A stretch of 52,277 bases of DNA from a virus (lineage: Duplodnaviria; Caudoviricetes), in the IMG/VR virus record IMGVR_UViG_3300020172_002521, positions 1 through 52,277 of that record, one strand, 5' to 3'. Each line of letters starts with the position of its first letter. Within the stretch, counting starts at the first letter, position 1. Both the position numbers and the translations under genes were made by a program. This document shows, in pieces, positions 1 to 11,418 of this stretch. The notes under the pieces were generated by a model. The model was not told the origin of the DNA and did not search any database. It saw only the letters and a list, made by a program, of their open reading frames with translations.

Positions 1-42
1 CCTGTCCGTATTCGTCAATTTTCATATCTTGAGTATAACAGA

Positions 43-294
43 TTAATTTACATTAATCAAGTCATCAAGATTGCCATTGGTTCTTTTTGCAGTACTTTGT
101 AGTGCTAGTTGACTACGTTTACTCATTTCTGTTTTATACATTTCTAAAGAAATCAGTATTTGTGGTATTACCTGTGTCATTCCTGTTCGAGCAGCAATAT
201 GGTATTTACGACTTAGATCATTTATACGCTGATCTAACTCTGCATCTTTTAGAGTTGACGGATCCGATAATAATGGATTATACAAATGGCCCAC
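43..294 (-). CDS. hypothetical protein
   Basis: 83-aa ORF whose start overlaps the end of the upstream gene; no recognisable motif. Confidence 0.7.
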   Translation of the reverse strand: MGHLYNPLLSDPSTLKDAELDQRINDLSRKYHIAARTGMTQVIPQILISLEMYKTEMSKRSQLALQSTAKRTNGNLDDLINVN

Positions 295-841
295 CGAGAT
301 ATTTTAAGAAAACGTTTGACCCATTATCTGGACTCCACACATCAAAGAATATTGAGCTAGTATTCATAGCAGTGGTTAGTGTATAAGTTGAAGTACTGGT
401 ATCTCTTTTTACACCACTAAAGGCAACAGTGCTGGTAGTATTAGTATTGGCATTGGCTACTTCTAATCTAACATTTGCATATTTGTTAGCACCGGGCCAA
501 TTAGCAAAACTCACAGTGGCATTACCGTTCACTTGTAATTGTTGATAGGATCCTAATAATAAGTCTACAGTAACATCCCCGCTCACTGATCCTTCATTAT
601 TAATAATATAACCTTCTGCTTGTAATGTTGGTTTATAAATTACATTTCTATTAAAGTCATTTATAGCGTCAGTAGTCTTAACTGAACCCTGTAGTAAGTT
701 GCTGATTTCACCAGCTGCAACATTTAAAGAATTTTTAATGTTGGAAAAATTATCTCTAAATCCCTGTGTGTCGTTGTCCACTCCGGGATATGGATAGGTT
801 GTATTAATATTGTTACTGTAGGTTGTTAAGGTACTTGACAT
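278..841 (-). CDS. putative virion structural protein
   Basis: 187 aa, Asn/Thr-rich; N-terminal PGVDNDTQGFRDNF motif of the kind seen in large-phage structural proteins; lies in the tail module. Confidence 0.55.
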   Translation of the reverse strand: MSSTLTTYSNNINTTYPYPGVDNDTQGFRDNFSNIKNSLNVAAGEISNLLQGSVKTTDAINDFNRNVIYKPTLQAEGYIINNEGSVSGDVTVDLLLGSYQQLQVNGNATVSFANWPGANKYANVRLEVANANTNTTSTVAFSGVKRDTSTSTYTLTTAMNTSSIFFDVWSPDNGSNVFLKYLGGPFV

Positions 842-866
842 AAAGAATCTCTCTAATAGTAGATAT

Positions 867-2447
867 TTATCCGCGAATTACTAGGGGGTCTGGTAAAATA
901 AACGGTTGCACTAATGCTTTGGCTGGCCCTCCTAGCAGACTTCCAAAGTTAGTGTAGCCACTGCCTCCGTAATATGCTTCGTTTACTAACCATGTTGATG
1001 CAGTGCCTGTAGTCCAATTACGTACCTGCTCCGGAGTCATCCACGGACGAGCCTGTAATAAGCAGGCTAATACACCAGCAACTTGAGGGCAGGCTTGACT
1101 AGTTCCAGAAACTTTATTTAGATAGTAAGTGTAGGTGCCTAAACTTCTAGTATCGGCTACTGCGGCAGTGGCATACGAATTATTAGAGTACGCACCCATA
1201 ATGTAATCTCCAGGAGCCCAAATATCAACTCGAGGCCCTGCACAACTAAAATTACGTTTGTGTTCTGGATTAATATTAGTATTTGCAACGCTGGCAATAC
1301 AGCCCACAGTAATAACATTAGATGTTCCTGCAGGAGTACTACCTCTATGATAGTAGTCGCTAAAGCCTAGATAGTCAGTCCAATAATTACTGTAATCACT
1401 ACCGCCAACAGTGTCTATTTTATGACGATCATTTCCCGCAGCCGCAACTATAACAATACCTGCACTAATACAACTAGCTATTTCTGCATCTAATGCTGAA
1501 TATCGATAACCGTGTAAACCTATACCGCCTTGCGGTACTCCTATAGTTCCGTAGGCAGCTGTGGTTGTAGAAACAGTGTAGGTTGTACCTCTATATCTAA
1601 TTGCAGCAACAGTGGTATAGAAATTAATAAATCCAAAACTACAGTTTACTATAGTGGGACGTTTATAACCTGTGACTGGGTCTACGGCTTTAGCTTCGTG
1701 AAATGCACGTAGACTCTGCCATACTTCAAAATCGTCAAGCATACTTAATTCTCTGCCATCCGTTATATCGTAATAAGGCCCCGCAGTACCATCTCCTACA
1801 CTGCGTAATGAATATATCTGTGCACCACTTGCCCAACCACAGGTATTCCCCGCAGCAATACTAGCACAATTGCTACCGTGTCCATCACAGTCACCTAAAA
1901 ATCCTCCAGTTGGTACTGAGGCAATGTAACCATATTGTGTCCAATCGTGATCAACTACTCTGCTACCACCAGTGCCATCTGCGTTGACTGCAAACTCGGG
2001 GTGATTAGGTTCGACACCGGTGTCAATAACAACAAAGTCAACTCCTGTACCATCTAAGTTGTATGGAAATGTACCAGTTATTGATGACAGTGTTCCAAAA
2101 ATATTTGATGTAGCAGTAGAACGAATCAACCCCCAATTTTTATGAGTAGAAGATATTGTACCTGATTGTTTGTCATATACACCGGATCTTATACCGTAGT
2201 GTATTTTTTCAACACCACGTTCTTTAGGATCTCTATGTACATGATTAATTCGTAGATCGGATATCAGTGCGTCTGCTTCTTGTTCAGTAAGCATTACAGT
2301 AGCATTGTACTCACTGCCTGGCATTGGATTTAATATTTCCACACTGCGATCAGGTATAGATTCATCGCCCAATTCGGACTGTAATTCGTTTAAGATTTCC
2401 TGCTTATAGTCAGGATGATCAACTACAACATAAAATTTATGCAACAT
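867..2447 (-). CDS. subtilisin-like serine protease (family S8) with N-terminal propeptide
   Basis: Catalytic motifs VVIDTG (Asp), DGHGSNCASIAAG (His), AAGND (oxyanion Asn) and SGTSQACPQVAG (Ser). Confidence 0.92.
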   Translation of the reverse strand: MLHKFYVVVDHPDYKQEILNELQSELGDESIPDRSVEILNPMPGSEYNATVMLTEQEADALISDLRINHVHRDPKERGVEKIHYGIRSGVYDKQSGTISSTHKNWGLIRSTATSNIFGTLSSITGTFPYNLDGTGVDFVVIDTGVEPNHPEFAVNADGTGGSRVVDHDWTQYGYIASVPTGGFLGDCDGHGSNCASIAAGNTCGWASGAQIYSLRSVGDGTAGPYYDITDGRELSMLDDFEVWQSLRAFHEAKAVDPVTGYKRPTIVNCSFGFINFYTTVAAIRYRGTTYTVSTTTAAYGTIGVPQGGIGLHGYRYSALDAEIASCISAGIVIVAAAGNDRHKIDTVGGSDYSNYWTDYLGFSDYYHRGSTPAGTSNVITVGCIASVANTNINPEHKRNFSCAGPRVDIWAPGDYIMGAYSNNSYATAAVADTRSLGTYTYYLNKVSGTSQACPQVAGVLACLLQARPWMTPEQVRNWTTGTASTWLVNEAYYGGSGYTNFGSLLGGPAKALVQPFILPDPLVIRG

Positions 2448-2455
2448 AAATCACC

Positions 2456-3382
2456 TTATGCTATGCTGGTTCGATCAGTACAGAGTCTCCAATTTGTTCC
2501 ATCATAGAAACAAGGTTGTGCTCCTCCTGCGGCATCTATGACATACAACATAGCACCTCGTTGTGTGGTAGCACCTAATGCTGATAGCTGTGCAGTTGTG
2601 GCAGTGGTTAATACAAAAGGTTTATTAACTGTGATTTGACCAGCTGCACGAAAATTTAAATCGTTACCTGATTCGATTGTCACAGCACCTACTGTTCCTA
2701 CAGTTAGTGTAGAAACATATAATGTCTGTACAGTATAGGTGTTACCAACTAATACTGCGGCACCTGTGGCACCTGGGCCGCCTGTAGCACCAGTAGCACC
2801 TGTTGATCCTAATCCGCTAGGTCCTGTAGCACCTGTTGAACCATTAGTTCCATTGGCGCCAGTAGCACCCGTTGGTCCTAGTCCCCCCGGTAACCCTGTA
2901 GCACCTGCACTACCTTGAGGCCCAGTTGAACCTGTTGCGCCTCGTCCAGTAGCACCTGTTGCTCCTGTAGCGCCTGTTCCGCTAGGACCAGTAGCACCCG
3001 TTGATCCTATTGGACCTCCGCTAGGACCTGTAGAACCAGTTAGTCCTGTTGCACCTGTAGAACCTGCACCCGCAGGACCTGTAGAACCAGTAGCACCATC
3101 TGTTCCATTAGCACCTGTAGCACCGGCACCTGTAGCACCAGTTTGTCCAGTGGCACCTGTAGAGCCTAGACCTCCTGTTTGCCCAGTAGCACCAGCAGCA
3201 CCTGTAGCACCTTGGGGACCAGTAGCACCACCTGGACTGCCAGAAGGTCCTGTAGCACCAGTTGATCCCAAAGGCAACGGTCCAGCTAGCCAAGCAGTTG
3301 AAGAACTGTTGTATACCCATAGGTGTCCACTATAGGAATAGACTTGACCGTTGGTTGCTGTTGTTGGAAAATTTATTGACAT
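2456..3382 (-). CDS. collagen-like tail/fibre protein
   Basis: Central GAT/GST/GPx Gly-X-Y repeats; N-terminal INFP...GQVY...[10 protein letters not shown] module. Confidence 0.85.
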   Translation of the reverse strand: MSINFPTTATNGQVYSYSGHLWVYNSSSTAWLAGPLPLGSTGATGPSGSPGGATGPQGATGAAGATGQTGGLGSTGATGQTGATGAGATGANGTDGATGSTGPAGAGSTGATGLTGSTGPSGGPIGSTGATGPSGTGATGATGATGRGATGSTGPQGSAGATGLPGGLGPTGATGANGTNGSTGATGPSGLGSTGATGATGGPGATGAAVLVGNTYTVQTLYVSTLTVGTVGAVTIESGNDLNFRAAGQITVNKPFVLTTATTAQLSALGATTQRGAMLYVIDAAGGAQPCFYDGTNWRLCTDRTSIA

Positions 3383-3406
3383 GGTGTATTTATTTTAGTA
3401 TTTGCC

Positions 3407-3619
3407 TTAAGAAAATACGTTAATTTTTACCGGAATTGGTACTTCTTTAATTGTTTGATCCACTGGATCATAATACCACTGATCAGCTATAACTTCATCA
3501 GCACACTCAGTCCAGTATAATGGATTAGCTACACCAAATATATTTTCAGTCGGCTCAACCTGAGCAATACGGTATCCGTTTTGAACTAGTTCATTTGGAC
3601 AAATTAATGCCTTCTTCAT
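3407..3619 (-). CDS. small hypothetical protein, possibly a fibre-assembly accessory
   Basis: 70 aa directly after a Gly-rich fibre gene; GGAG-like SD upstream. Confidence 0.6.
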   Translation of the reverse strand: MKKALICPNELVQNGYRIAQVEPTENIFGVANPLYWTECADEVIADQWYYDPVDQTIKEVPIPVKINVFS

Positions 3620-3631
3620 TTACACTCCTAA

Positions 3632-6600
3632 TTAATATTCAATGATAACAACACCGGCAGCACCAGAAGTACCGGCTAAGCCGGTCCCTCCCCCTCCCCC
3701 TCCACCATACGCTTTTCCACTAACGGCAACTTTACTGGAATTAGAAAGAATACTTGCTCCACTTGAACTGGTAAGTCCACCGTCATTCTGACCGGTAGAG
3801 ATTCCATCTCCGCCAGGAAAATTCAAATCTCCTCCTGTTCCAGCACCACCGGCACCACCAGCAGCACTACCACTACCAGTAACGCCCCCTCCTCCACCCG
3901 TTGCTGACGTAGTTGAAATTGATTGAGATCCAGAGGCAACAGAAGATGTGCCGCCTGTGCCGCCGTTGCCGCCAGAGGAACCAGCGGTGCCTCCTGCACC
4001 AACTGTAATATTTAATGTTGAACCAATTGTGAGTCCTGTGTATATCTTGATTGCAGCGCCACCACCACCTCCCGGACCACCGTGGTCTAGGTCATTGGTG
4101 CCCCCACCGCCACCGCCACCACCAACAACTGTAACTTTGATTTTAGTTGCTGGTATTGAATATGAGGCATCAGTAGATGTTAACACAACTATATTAAGTC
4201 CAGGTCCCTGAGCGCCTGTTGCACCAACTCCGCCTGTTGCACCAACATTACCTTGAGCGCCAGTTGCACCAGTAGGACCAGTAGCACCAGTAACCGATGC
4301 ACTGCTTCCGTCAACAGTAATTGCACCTGCTGCTGTAACACTTAGTCCTTTACCACCGATAAAAATTGTTGAAGTACCTACATATAAACTACGCCATTGT
4401 GTTGAACTTGTTCCAAGGTCGTATGTTAAATTTGCACCTGGTACAATATGACCGCCAGCATAAATGTCACCACCAATACCAACACCACCGGCAACCTGTA
4501 GGGCACCAGTTATGGTTGATGTTGCTAAAGTAGTATTAGTAATTGTAAAAATTGTGCTAACAGGATTAGTAATAACGCCAGTGGCCCCGACAGCTCCGTT
4601 ATCTCCAGTTCTAAAAAATTGTACAGCTAGTTGTACGGCGTTGGAATGTATGGTTCCGCTGACATAGGTCACATTCAACTGCACCCATCCCGCGTTGTCC
4701 ACAATGCTGTTAACAGCAAATATGCCATTAGAGCTAGAATTATTAAGATTGTTTTTTACTAGTAGATAGCCTTTGATGGCAGCAGTTGAATCGCCCCATG
4801 TGTTTATATAACCGCTGATATCACTGGCAGCGGCTGTACTATCATCTATAGCAATGGCTGTAACACTGTTAATTGTGGTATTGTTATATCTTAACGTACC
4901 CAATCCAGGATCACTCATAGCAGTGTTGGTGCTGAAAGTGTATCTATATCCTCCGAGATCTCCTTGCGAACCAGCAGTGCCAGTAGCGCCAGTTGCACCT
5001 GTTGAGCCTATTGGACCAGTAGCGCCAGTAGCACCTGTTGATCCAGTAGCACCTATATTACCAGTAGCACCTGTTGAGCCTTCAGGACCAGTAGCGCCAG
5101 TAGCACCTGTTGATCCAGTAGCACCTATACCTGTTGCACCTGTCGAACCTGCCGGCCCCCCACTTGGTCCTGTGGCTCCTTGAGCACCAGTTGCACCTGG
5201 GTCACCTTGGAGACCTTGTGGACCTACTGGGCCAAGCATGAATAATGTCCAATTAGTATAAGTTCCACTACCGCTTGAAAAAACACTGTCCATCACAAAA
5301 GTAGTACCACTATAACTAGTAACAGTACCAAAGTTAAATCCTTGATCAACACCAAATCCGTCAAGAGCTCGCATACTCACAGTCATACCTGGAATATACA
5401 TTGATTCACTGGCATTTAAATTAACTATATAGGTTAATGTACCTACACTGAGTGTATTTGATGATGTTGATGTTAGTCTATAGCCGATTCCTGTTGCACC
5501 TGTTGATCCAGTTGCTCCAGCACCTGTGCTACCTTGAGGTCCAGTAGCACCTGTTGCTCCTGTGGCACCAACGTCCCCTATAGGTCCTGTTGCACCAGTT
5601 GAACCATTAAAGCCAGTAGCACCGGTGCCACCTCTAGCACCAGTACTGCCAATTGCACCAGTAGCACCTATATTTCCTTGGGGGCCGGTTGCACCAGTAC
5701 TACCTGTAGCACCAGTGGTGCCCATAAATCCAGTAGCGCCTGTTGCACCAGTAGAACCGATGTTTCCAGTAGCACCAGTAGCGCCAGTAGCGCCAGTAGC
5801 GCCAATTGGCCCAGTAGCACCAGTTGCTCCAGTAGCACCTGTACTGCCTATTTCGCCAGTGTCACCTTTGTCACCTGTTCTGGCAAATGTGATAACAATG
5901 TCAGAATTATTATCTAATAAATTTACACCTGATAGATAACTTATTGGTACAGTATAGTAGCTACCACTTAAACTATGACTACCAACAATAGCAAATATTG
6001 CATAGATTTCTTCGTTTACTTTATCTTTTACGGAAAAATGACCTTTAATTGCACTAGTCGAATCATCAATTGTGTTTAAAAAACTAGTAGCCACAACTGA
6101 ATTATAATCGGTGTTGTGGATGTACAGCTCGGTAGAGAATGCAAGAGATAAATTATTAAATTTAAAACGTCCAGTAGTTGGATCAGAATTAACTGTGCTA
6201 GTACTAAACAGATAGTTAAATGCAGCACCACCAAAATTTCCCTGTTCACCTTGAATACCAGTAGCACCGGTTGATCCTGTGTACCCAATAGCACCACCGG
6301 GCGCGGCTGCTACCCAAACACTACCGTTAAAAGTTAATAGTTGTCCGCTATACTCAATATCTAACCACATGTCGCCTGCGGCAGGAGTTGTGGGTCTAAC
6401 TGTTGATATTACTGCTGTCAGTCTAGGACCAGTGCTACCAGTTGCACCTGACAGTCCATTAAATCCTCTAGGACCAGTAGCACCAGTAGCACCGTCTGTG
6501 TTAACACTGATAACACCGTTGCCGTCTATGTCTACGCCTGGACCAATAATAACACCGCCCAGTGTACTAGTAGTAGCCGTGCTTAACGGTACAGTAACAC

Positions 6601-6829
6601 TTAGTACTCCTTCAGTTATTGTTAAACCTTCACCAACAATAACACCACCAGAACTAGTGTTAGTAGCAGTTACAATGTTTACCGTTGTAAGATTGTTAAT
6701 AACAAATTCGCCAATTTGATCAACAGTGGCATATTTGGTCACAGTAGGAACTATGCCTGTGTCAACTACAGGAAAAATTATTGCCCCTGTTACTGTGTTT
6801 AATGCTGGTAGGTTTGTTATTGCACTCAT
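3632..6829 (-). CDS. collagen-like tail fibre with duplicated globular domain and Gly-rich C-terminal domain
   Basis: Multiple Gly-X-Thr runs; ends with [12 protein letters not shown]...[10 protein letters not shown]; start placed at MSAITNLP (ATGA overlap with the upstream stop). Confidence 0.88.
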   Translation of the reverse strand: MSAITNLPALNTVTGAIIFPVVDTGIVPTVTKYATVDQIGEFVINNLTTVNIVTATNTSSGGVIVGEGLTITEGVLSVTVPLSTATTSTLGGVIIGPGVDIDGNGVISVNTDGATGATGPRGFNGLSGATGSTGPRLTAVISTVRPTTPAAGDMWLDIEYSGQLLTFNGSVWVAAAPGGAIGYTGSTGATGIQGEQGNFGGAAFNYLFSTSTVNSDPTTGRFKFNNLSLAFSTELYIHNTDYNSVVATSFLNTIDDSTSAIKGHFSVKDKVNEEIYAIFAIVGSHSLSGSYYTVPISYLSGVNLLDNNSDIVITFARTGDKGDTGEIGSTGATGATGATGPIGATGATGATGATGNIGSTGATGATGFMGTTGATGSTGATGPQGNIGATGAIGSTGARGGTGATGFNGSTGATGPIGDVGATGATGATGPQGSTGAGATGSTGATGIGYRLTSTSSNTLSVGTLTYIVNLNASESMYIPGMTVSMRALDGFGVDQGFNFGTVTSYSGTTFVMDSVFSSGSGTYTNWTLFMLGPVGPQGLQGDPGATGAQGATGPSGGPAGSTGATGIGATGSTGATGATGPEGSTGATGNIGATGSTGATGATGPIGSTGATGATGTAGSQGDLGGYRYTFSTNTAMSDPGLGTLRYNNTTINSVTAIAIDDSTAAASDISGYINTWGDSTAAIKGYLLVKNNLNNSSSNGIFAVNSIVDNAGWVQLNVTYVSGTIHSNAVQLAVQFFRTGDNGAVGATGVITNPVSTIFTITNTTLATSTITGALQVAGGVGIGGDIYAGGHIVPGANLTYDLGTSSTQWRSLYVGTSTIFIGGKGLSVTAAGAITVDGSSASVTGATGPTGATGAQGNVGATGGVGATGAQGPGLNIVVLTSTDASYSIPATKIKVTVVGGGGGGGGTNDLDHGGPGGGGGAAIKIYTGLTIGSTLNITVGAGGTAGSSGGNGGTGGTSSVASGSQSISTTSATGGGGGVTGSGSAAGGAGGAGTGGDLNFPGGDGISTGQNDGGLTSSSGASILSNSSKVAVSGKAYGGGGGGGTGLAGTSGAAGVVIIEY

Positions 6830-8661
6830 CGAATCATACACTCCACTAGTCCAGGGCCGCCATTTTCAAGGGCTATTGCAAAAGGTTCACGACCGTTATC
6901 AACTGTAGCACCTTGTCCAACTGGCCACGGCCACAATGCATCACCTTTCTTAACCGGTGAACTTACTAAAACTGGTACTCGTCCACGCAAGGCAATAGCC
7001 TGTCCTTCAGATTCAGAATTCATTAGATAAGCAGGCTTCTCAGATATAACTCCTGCAACATAGCAGTTATGGTCTGTAACAGCAGTAATTTCTGCTGACC
7101 CACCAATGGTCATAACAGTGCCAGTAGGATATGTTTGATCTGTTAGATATTTTTCTGCTAAGTCGGCATAGGTAGCTACATTAGTAGTAGCGTAAATAAT
7201 ATTAGCATAAACATCATTAGCGTGTATATCAGTGACCCAAAAATCTCCGCTAACACCAAGACCACCGGTTACTACAACTGCTCCTAGAGTTTTAGCAGTC
7301 GATGCTGTTGCATTAGTAACCTGTAAAACATCGGTAAATGGATTTGCAACAGCACCTGTCGCCCCTGGTGGCCCTTGGATACCTGTAGCACCAGTTGACC
7401 CTAACGGTCCTGTAGCACCGGTGGCACCAGTAGCACCTTCTGGGCCTTGAATACCAGTAGCACCAGTTGATCCTGGTAAATTTTGAGGTCCGGTTGCACC
7501 TGCGGGTCCGGTAGCTCCTATCGGACCACTTGCTCCTGTAGAACCAAAAGTTCCTTGCGGACCAGTTGCCCCTGTAGCACCAATTCCACCTGTAGCACCT
7601 GGATCACCTTGCGGTCCAGTTACTGACGCACCCGTAGCACCAATAGGCCCAGTACTGCCTGTGGCCCCTGTTCCTCCCTGAGCTCCCATACCTGTAGCAC
7701 CTGTAGCACCGTTTGGTCCGGTGGCACCAGTTGCACCTGTAGCACCCGTTCCACCACTCGGCCCTGTAGCACCAGTTGCACCTGGTCCACCAGTAGCACC
7801 AGTAGCACCAGTAGAACCCGTTGCACCTAATGCGGCGGCAGTTCCAGCTGGTCCTTGAGCACCAGTTGCACCTTGCTCACCTTGGTTACCTGTTGCGCCT
7901 TGTGGACCTGTAGCACCTGTTGATCCTTGCCCTTGCGGACCTGTGGCACCCGGACCACCAGTAGCGCCAGTAGCACCATCACCGCCGATAGGTCCAGTAG
8001 CACCTGTTGACCCTAACGGTCCAGTAGCACCTGTTGATCCAGTAGCACCTGTTGATCCTGTAGCACCTATAGGACCGGTTGCACCTGTTGCACCTGTTGA
8101 TCCCGTAGCACCTGTTGATCCTGTAGAACCAATAGGACCAGTTGCACCGCCTGGATCACCTGGAATACCGGTTGCACCTACAGGTCCGGTAGAACCAGTT
8201 GATCCTTCAATTCCTGTTGCACCAGTTGATCCTTCAATTCCGGTAGCACCTGTGCCACCTTGAGCAGCAGCAGTTCCTGGAATTCCCTGAGGACCTGTAG
8301 AACCGGTTGATCCTTGTAGACCTGTAGCACCTGTGCCACCTTGAGCAGCAGCAGTTCCTGGAATACCTGTAGCACCAATTGGGCCAGTAGCACCAGTAGC
8401 ACCAGTACTGCCAATTGCTCCAGTACTTCCCTTGGGCCCGCTTGCACCTGTAGCACCTGTTCCGCCTGGATTTCCAGTTGCGCCTTGTGGCCCAAGTGCG
8501 CCTTGAGGACCTGTGGCGCCTGTGGCTACTTCTCCGGCAAAGTGTGTAGAAAGCTCACCTACAGTTGTAAAAAAAGTTCTAGAAGCATCTGCTACTGGTA
8601 AAAAAATAGCATTGGTCAAAGAATTTTGAGGTAACGGAGGTAAATTGCTTATTGTGCTCAT
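6826..8661 (-). CDS. collagen-like fibre with C-terminal intramolecular chaperone/autocleavage-like domain
   Basis: About 390 residues of GAT/GST/GPQ repeats, then a YADLAEKY...GRVPV...KKGD domain. Confidence 0.88.
   Translation of the reverse strand: MSTISNLPPLPQNSLTNAIFLPVADASRTFFTTVGELSTHFAGEVATGATGPQGALGPQGATGNPGGTGATGASGPKGSTGAIGSTGATGATGPIGATGIPGTAAAQGGTGATGLQGSTGSTGPQGIPGTAAAQGGTGATGIEGSTGATGIEGSTGSTGPVGATGIPGDPGGATGPIGSTGSTGATGSTGATGATGPIGATGSTGATGSTGATGPLGSTGATGPIGGDGATGATGGPGATGPQGQGSTGATGPQGATGNQGEQGATGAQGPAGTAAALGATGSTGATGATGGPGATGATGPSGGTGATGATGATGPNGATGATGMGAQGGTGATGSTGPIGATGASVTGPQGDPGATGGIGATGATGPQGTFGSTGASGPIGATGPAGATGPQNLPGSTGATGIQGPEGATGATGATGPLGSTGATGIQGPPGATGAVANPFTDVLQVTNATASTAKTLGAVVVTGGLGVSGDFWVTDIHANDVYANIIYATTNVATYADLAEKYLTDQTYPTGTVMTIGGSAEITAVTDHNCYVAGVISEKPAYLMNSESEGQAIALRGRVPVLVSSPVKKGDALWPWPVGQGATVDNGREPFAIALENGGPGLVECMIR
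8243..8364. repeat. exact 41-bp direct repeat (8243-8283 and 8324-8364) inside a collagen gene
   Basis: gtagcacctgtgccaccttgagcagcagcagttcctggaat occurs twice, 81 bp apart; encodes [14 protein letters not shown]. Confidence 0.85.
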
Positions 8662-8664
8662 ATT

Positions 8665-11418
8665 TTATTCAACTAAAAGTTCATTTCCGTTTTCGTCAGT
8701 AATGATAACACCGTCTGGTCCAGCAAGTACGTTTAATGGACGAGCAGCTACATTGTTCTTATCTGTGTTCATAATTGGGAACTTGAGATATTTATCGCCG
8801 CTATAATCAAAGGTTTGATCTATGATTAGTCGATCAACTTCAAAGTCTAAAACTTTAAAATCAAAACCACTTAGTTGTATTCGACGCATTGTTTCAAAAC
8901 CGTAGTTAGGTTTAACATAACAAATTGGCATGGCCTTAATAAAGCCCAACGGTGAACCAGTTTCTTGTTGAATAGTTCTCATAAATCTTGGTCTAAGATA
9001 TTCGTCAACTTTAATAGTCTCTCCATAAACAGAGATACCTTCTAAACTATTTTGCCAGTTAACTACGCTGTCAGTGTACACATCAACTAGTTGCTGATTA
9101 ATTAAGAAACTAATACTGTCTGGACTTTTACCTAAAATATTTAGGTTACTATCAATAATATCTAGATAAACAATATCGTAGACATGATTCCCCTGTTCAT
9201 CTTCAGCTGGCAGATACTTTACATCACCAAAATAAAATCTTTTATTATAAAAATAATATTGTAGACCAATGATATATTCTGCAAGATTCAATCTTTCGAT
9301 TCCGTGTTCGAGCATCATTTTAATTTCTGTCTGTAGGCCAAATGCAGGATCAGAAGGTCTATACAAAGTTTTATAGTCAAATATATCAGTGTTATAGATG
9401 AATTCTCTATAGGTTCTTCTCTTGCTTCTATGCATGAATGGTCTTACATAAATGCTACTAAAAGGTGTTCTGCTATTATCGCCAATATAAATTTTAAATT
9501 CTTGATCAATAGTAGCCAGCCTGTAGGCATTTGTAGCTTCTGCGGTAAACGTATAAGTTCGATCCAACGTAGTTGACCCACCGTCTATTGAGAAATTGTC
9601 TAAATCTAAATCAATATCAGTCAATCCACCGTAAGGAATTTTACCTACTATACTGCCGTCTGATTTAAATTCGAGCCCGCTGGGTAAATCACCATCTACT
9701 AATTTATACTGTATACCTAAGTCTGGATAGTTAAGATGTTCGGCTTTAATACTAAGTTCACTTTGATAACCTGTTTTAATTATACCAACTGTTGATGTAG
9801 TGAGCCATTCGAGATCGGTATTGACACTACCTTGTAACCTTAATTGAAACACTCGATCACTTTTGTTAGTATCTCCAGTTACTCTATCAGTTTTTACAAC
9901 TCTAATTGTAAATTTATAGTCTATACTATATGCAGGAATGTAGGGGATTTGCCCGTACAGGTCTCCTGTTTGCGGATTAAGTTTAAAGCCCGACGGTTTA
10001 GTAACAGCACTACCAAAGAAGAAAATGCTGTTATTAGGTATATCATCAAGAAGATCGGTACGATATACAATACTATCACCAACTTGTTCTGGGCTGTGTT
10101 TGAACCCAATTGCACAGTAATCAATGTTACCTTCGACTGAGGTAATAGTGTATGTAGTAGTGAATACTGTATCAATATAACTGTCTAGTCTAAATTGTTG
10201 TCCTGCGGTAGGTAAACTGGTTAAGTTTTTAACGTGTATTGTCGAAGTTCCAGTTCTATTGTACTTGGGGTAAAAACTCACAAACTCCCAACCAGTTCCA
10301 ATCCAAATATAACTTCTTGTTTCATTTAAAAACGTTTCATCTTCTCGAACAGTAAACACATCACCTTCGGCAGCATTAAAAGGCAAGTCAACATAATTTA
10401 ATACTGAACCTCGAATATTATAGTTAGTACCATATGGTCCTACTTCTAATTCACTGTCTGCAAATGCTTTTATTTCTGGATTGACGCTTAGAGTGTCCCA
10501 TTCCCAACGTGAAGAGCCTAGCTCAGGAAATGGTTCATATGTCTTAAGTGTAATTATCTGATAGTTACCGGCGCGACGAATACCTAGATTAGCAGGACTT
10601 AACCATATTGGTGCATAAAGATAACTGTTACCTGCTTGAAAACATCCTGCGTCTGCACTAATGTAACTAGTATCGCCTCTTAGACTGTTAACATCAACGA
10701 CCTGCATTTTAAACATCTTACGTGTGCTGTTAAATCCGTCAGTGGCAGTAACATAAAATTGATATATTTTTTTAATATAAGTAGGTTTAGTTGTTATATT
10801 ATTAATTATAACAGCACCATCATAAGGATATTTGTCATATTTTTCATTGTCATACCCTGCACTTGATGCTGTATCACTACCTTCAATTACTGTGATCTCG
10901 TCAATAGTTCCAGTTATTCTACCATCTTCGTCAAGTGTTAATCCTTTGGGCAGTTGACCGTCACCTTCTGCAATATAGTAACGTAGTTTCATATTTTCAA
11001 ACAACACGTTGGGTATTGCTGCCATTTGATAGTCAATAATATGTTTGTTTACTGCAAAACATTCTCCGCTAGTACCTACGTGTAGGAATCCACTAGGTGT
11101 TAACCATAAGGGAGCAACGCCGCCAACTGTGTCAAGTATAAATGTTCGGTCACTTACTCCACTGTCATTTTTAGCACGTAGAACAAATGTTGATGTTACA
11201 GGTGCTGGTACTGAAGTAGGATTACCAGTGATGTAACCAATTGTTGAAGTTGTAGTAGCACTGGTTTCTGTAAGCAGGACCATTCCGTCAGGAAGACTAC
11301 CTGATATAATTGAGAACTGACTATCAGTGCCACTTACAGCAAATGGAACATCAGCTGGTGTTCGTTCTGTAAGTGTTGCTAAAAATCCTGCTTTGGTTAA
11401 CCATTGTGGTGTCGCCAT
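8665..11418 (-). CDS. large virion structural protein with putative Ig-like repeats (baseplate/tail)
   Basis: Repeated SGSLPDG / GQLPKGLTLDEDGRITG / GDLPSGLEFKSDGSIVG motifs typical of He_PIG-like domains; tail-module context. Confidence 0.7.
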   Translation of the reverse strand: MATPQWLTKAGFLATLTERTPADVPFAVSGTDSQFSIISGSLPDGMVLLTETSATTTSTIGYITGNPTSVPAPVTSTFVLRAKNDSGVSDRTFILDTVGGVAPLWLTPSGFLHVGTSGECFAVNKHIIDYQMAAIPNVLFENMKLRYYIAEGDGQLPKGLTLDEDGRITGTIDEITVIEGSDTASSAGYDNEKYDKYPYDGAVIINNITTKPTYIKKIYQFYVTATDGFNSTRKMFKMQVVDVNSLRGDTSYISADAGCFQAGNSYLYAPIWLSPANLGIRRAGNYQIITLKTYEPFPELGSSRWEWDTLSVNPEIKAFADSELEVGPYGTNYNIRGSVLNYVDLPFNAAEGDVFTVREDETFLNETRSYIWIGTGWEFVSFYPKYNRTGTSTIHVKNLTSLPTAGQQFRLDSYIDTVFTTTYTITSVEGNIDYCAIGFKHSPEQVGDSIVYRTDLLDDIPNNSIFFFGSAVTKPSGFKLNPQTGDLYGQIPYIPAYSIDYKFTIRVVKTDRVTGDTNKSDRVFQLRLQGSVNTDLEWLTTSTVGIIKTGYQSELSIKAEHLNYPDLGIQYKLVDGDLPSGLEFKSDGSIVGKIPYGGLTDIDLDLDNFSIDGGSTTLDRTYTFTAEATNAYRLATIDQEFKIYIGDNSRTPFSSIYVRPFMHRSKRRTYREFIYNTDIFDYKTLYRPSDPAFGLQTEIKMMLEHGIERLNLAEYIIGLQYYFYNKRFYFGDVKYLPAEDEQGNHVYDIVYLDIIDSNLNILGKSPDSISFLINQQLVDVYTDSVVNWQNSLEGISVYGETIKVDEYLRPRFMRTIQQETGSPLGFIKAMPICYVKPNYGFETMRRIQLSGFDFKVLDFEVDRLIIDQTFDYSGDKYLKFPIMNTDKNNVAARPLNVLAGPDGVIITDENGNELLVE

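Noticed and set aside
2750-8530. Dense 9-bp-period repeats (gtagcacca/gtagcacct) resembling a repeat array or CRISPR
   Set aside because: They are degenerate codon repeats within ORFs, with no constant repeat and unique spacer structure and no cas genes
3108-8601. Many plus-strand and off-frame ORFs rich in PVAPVAP or VLLVLL
   Set aside because: They are antisense or frame shadows of the Gly-X-Thr collagen repeats
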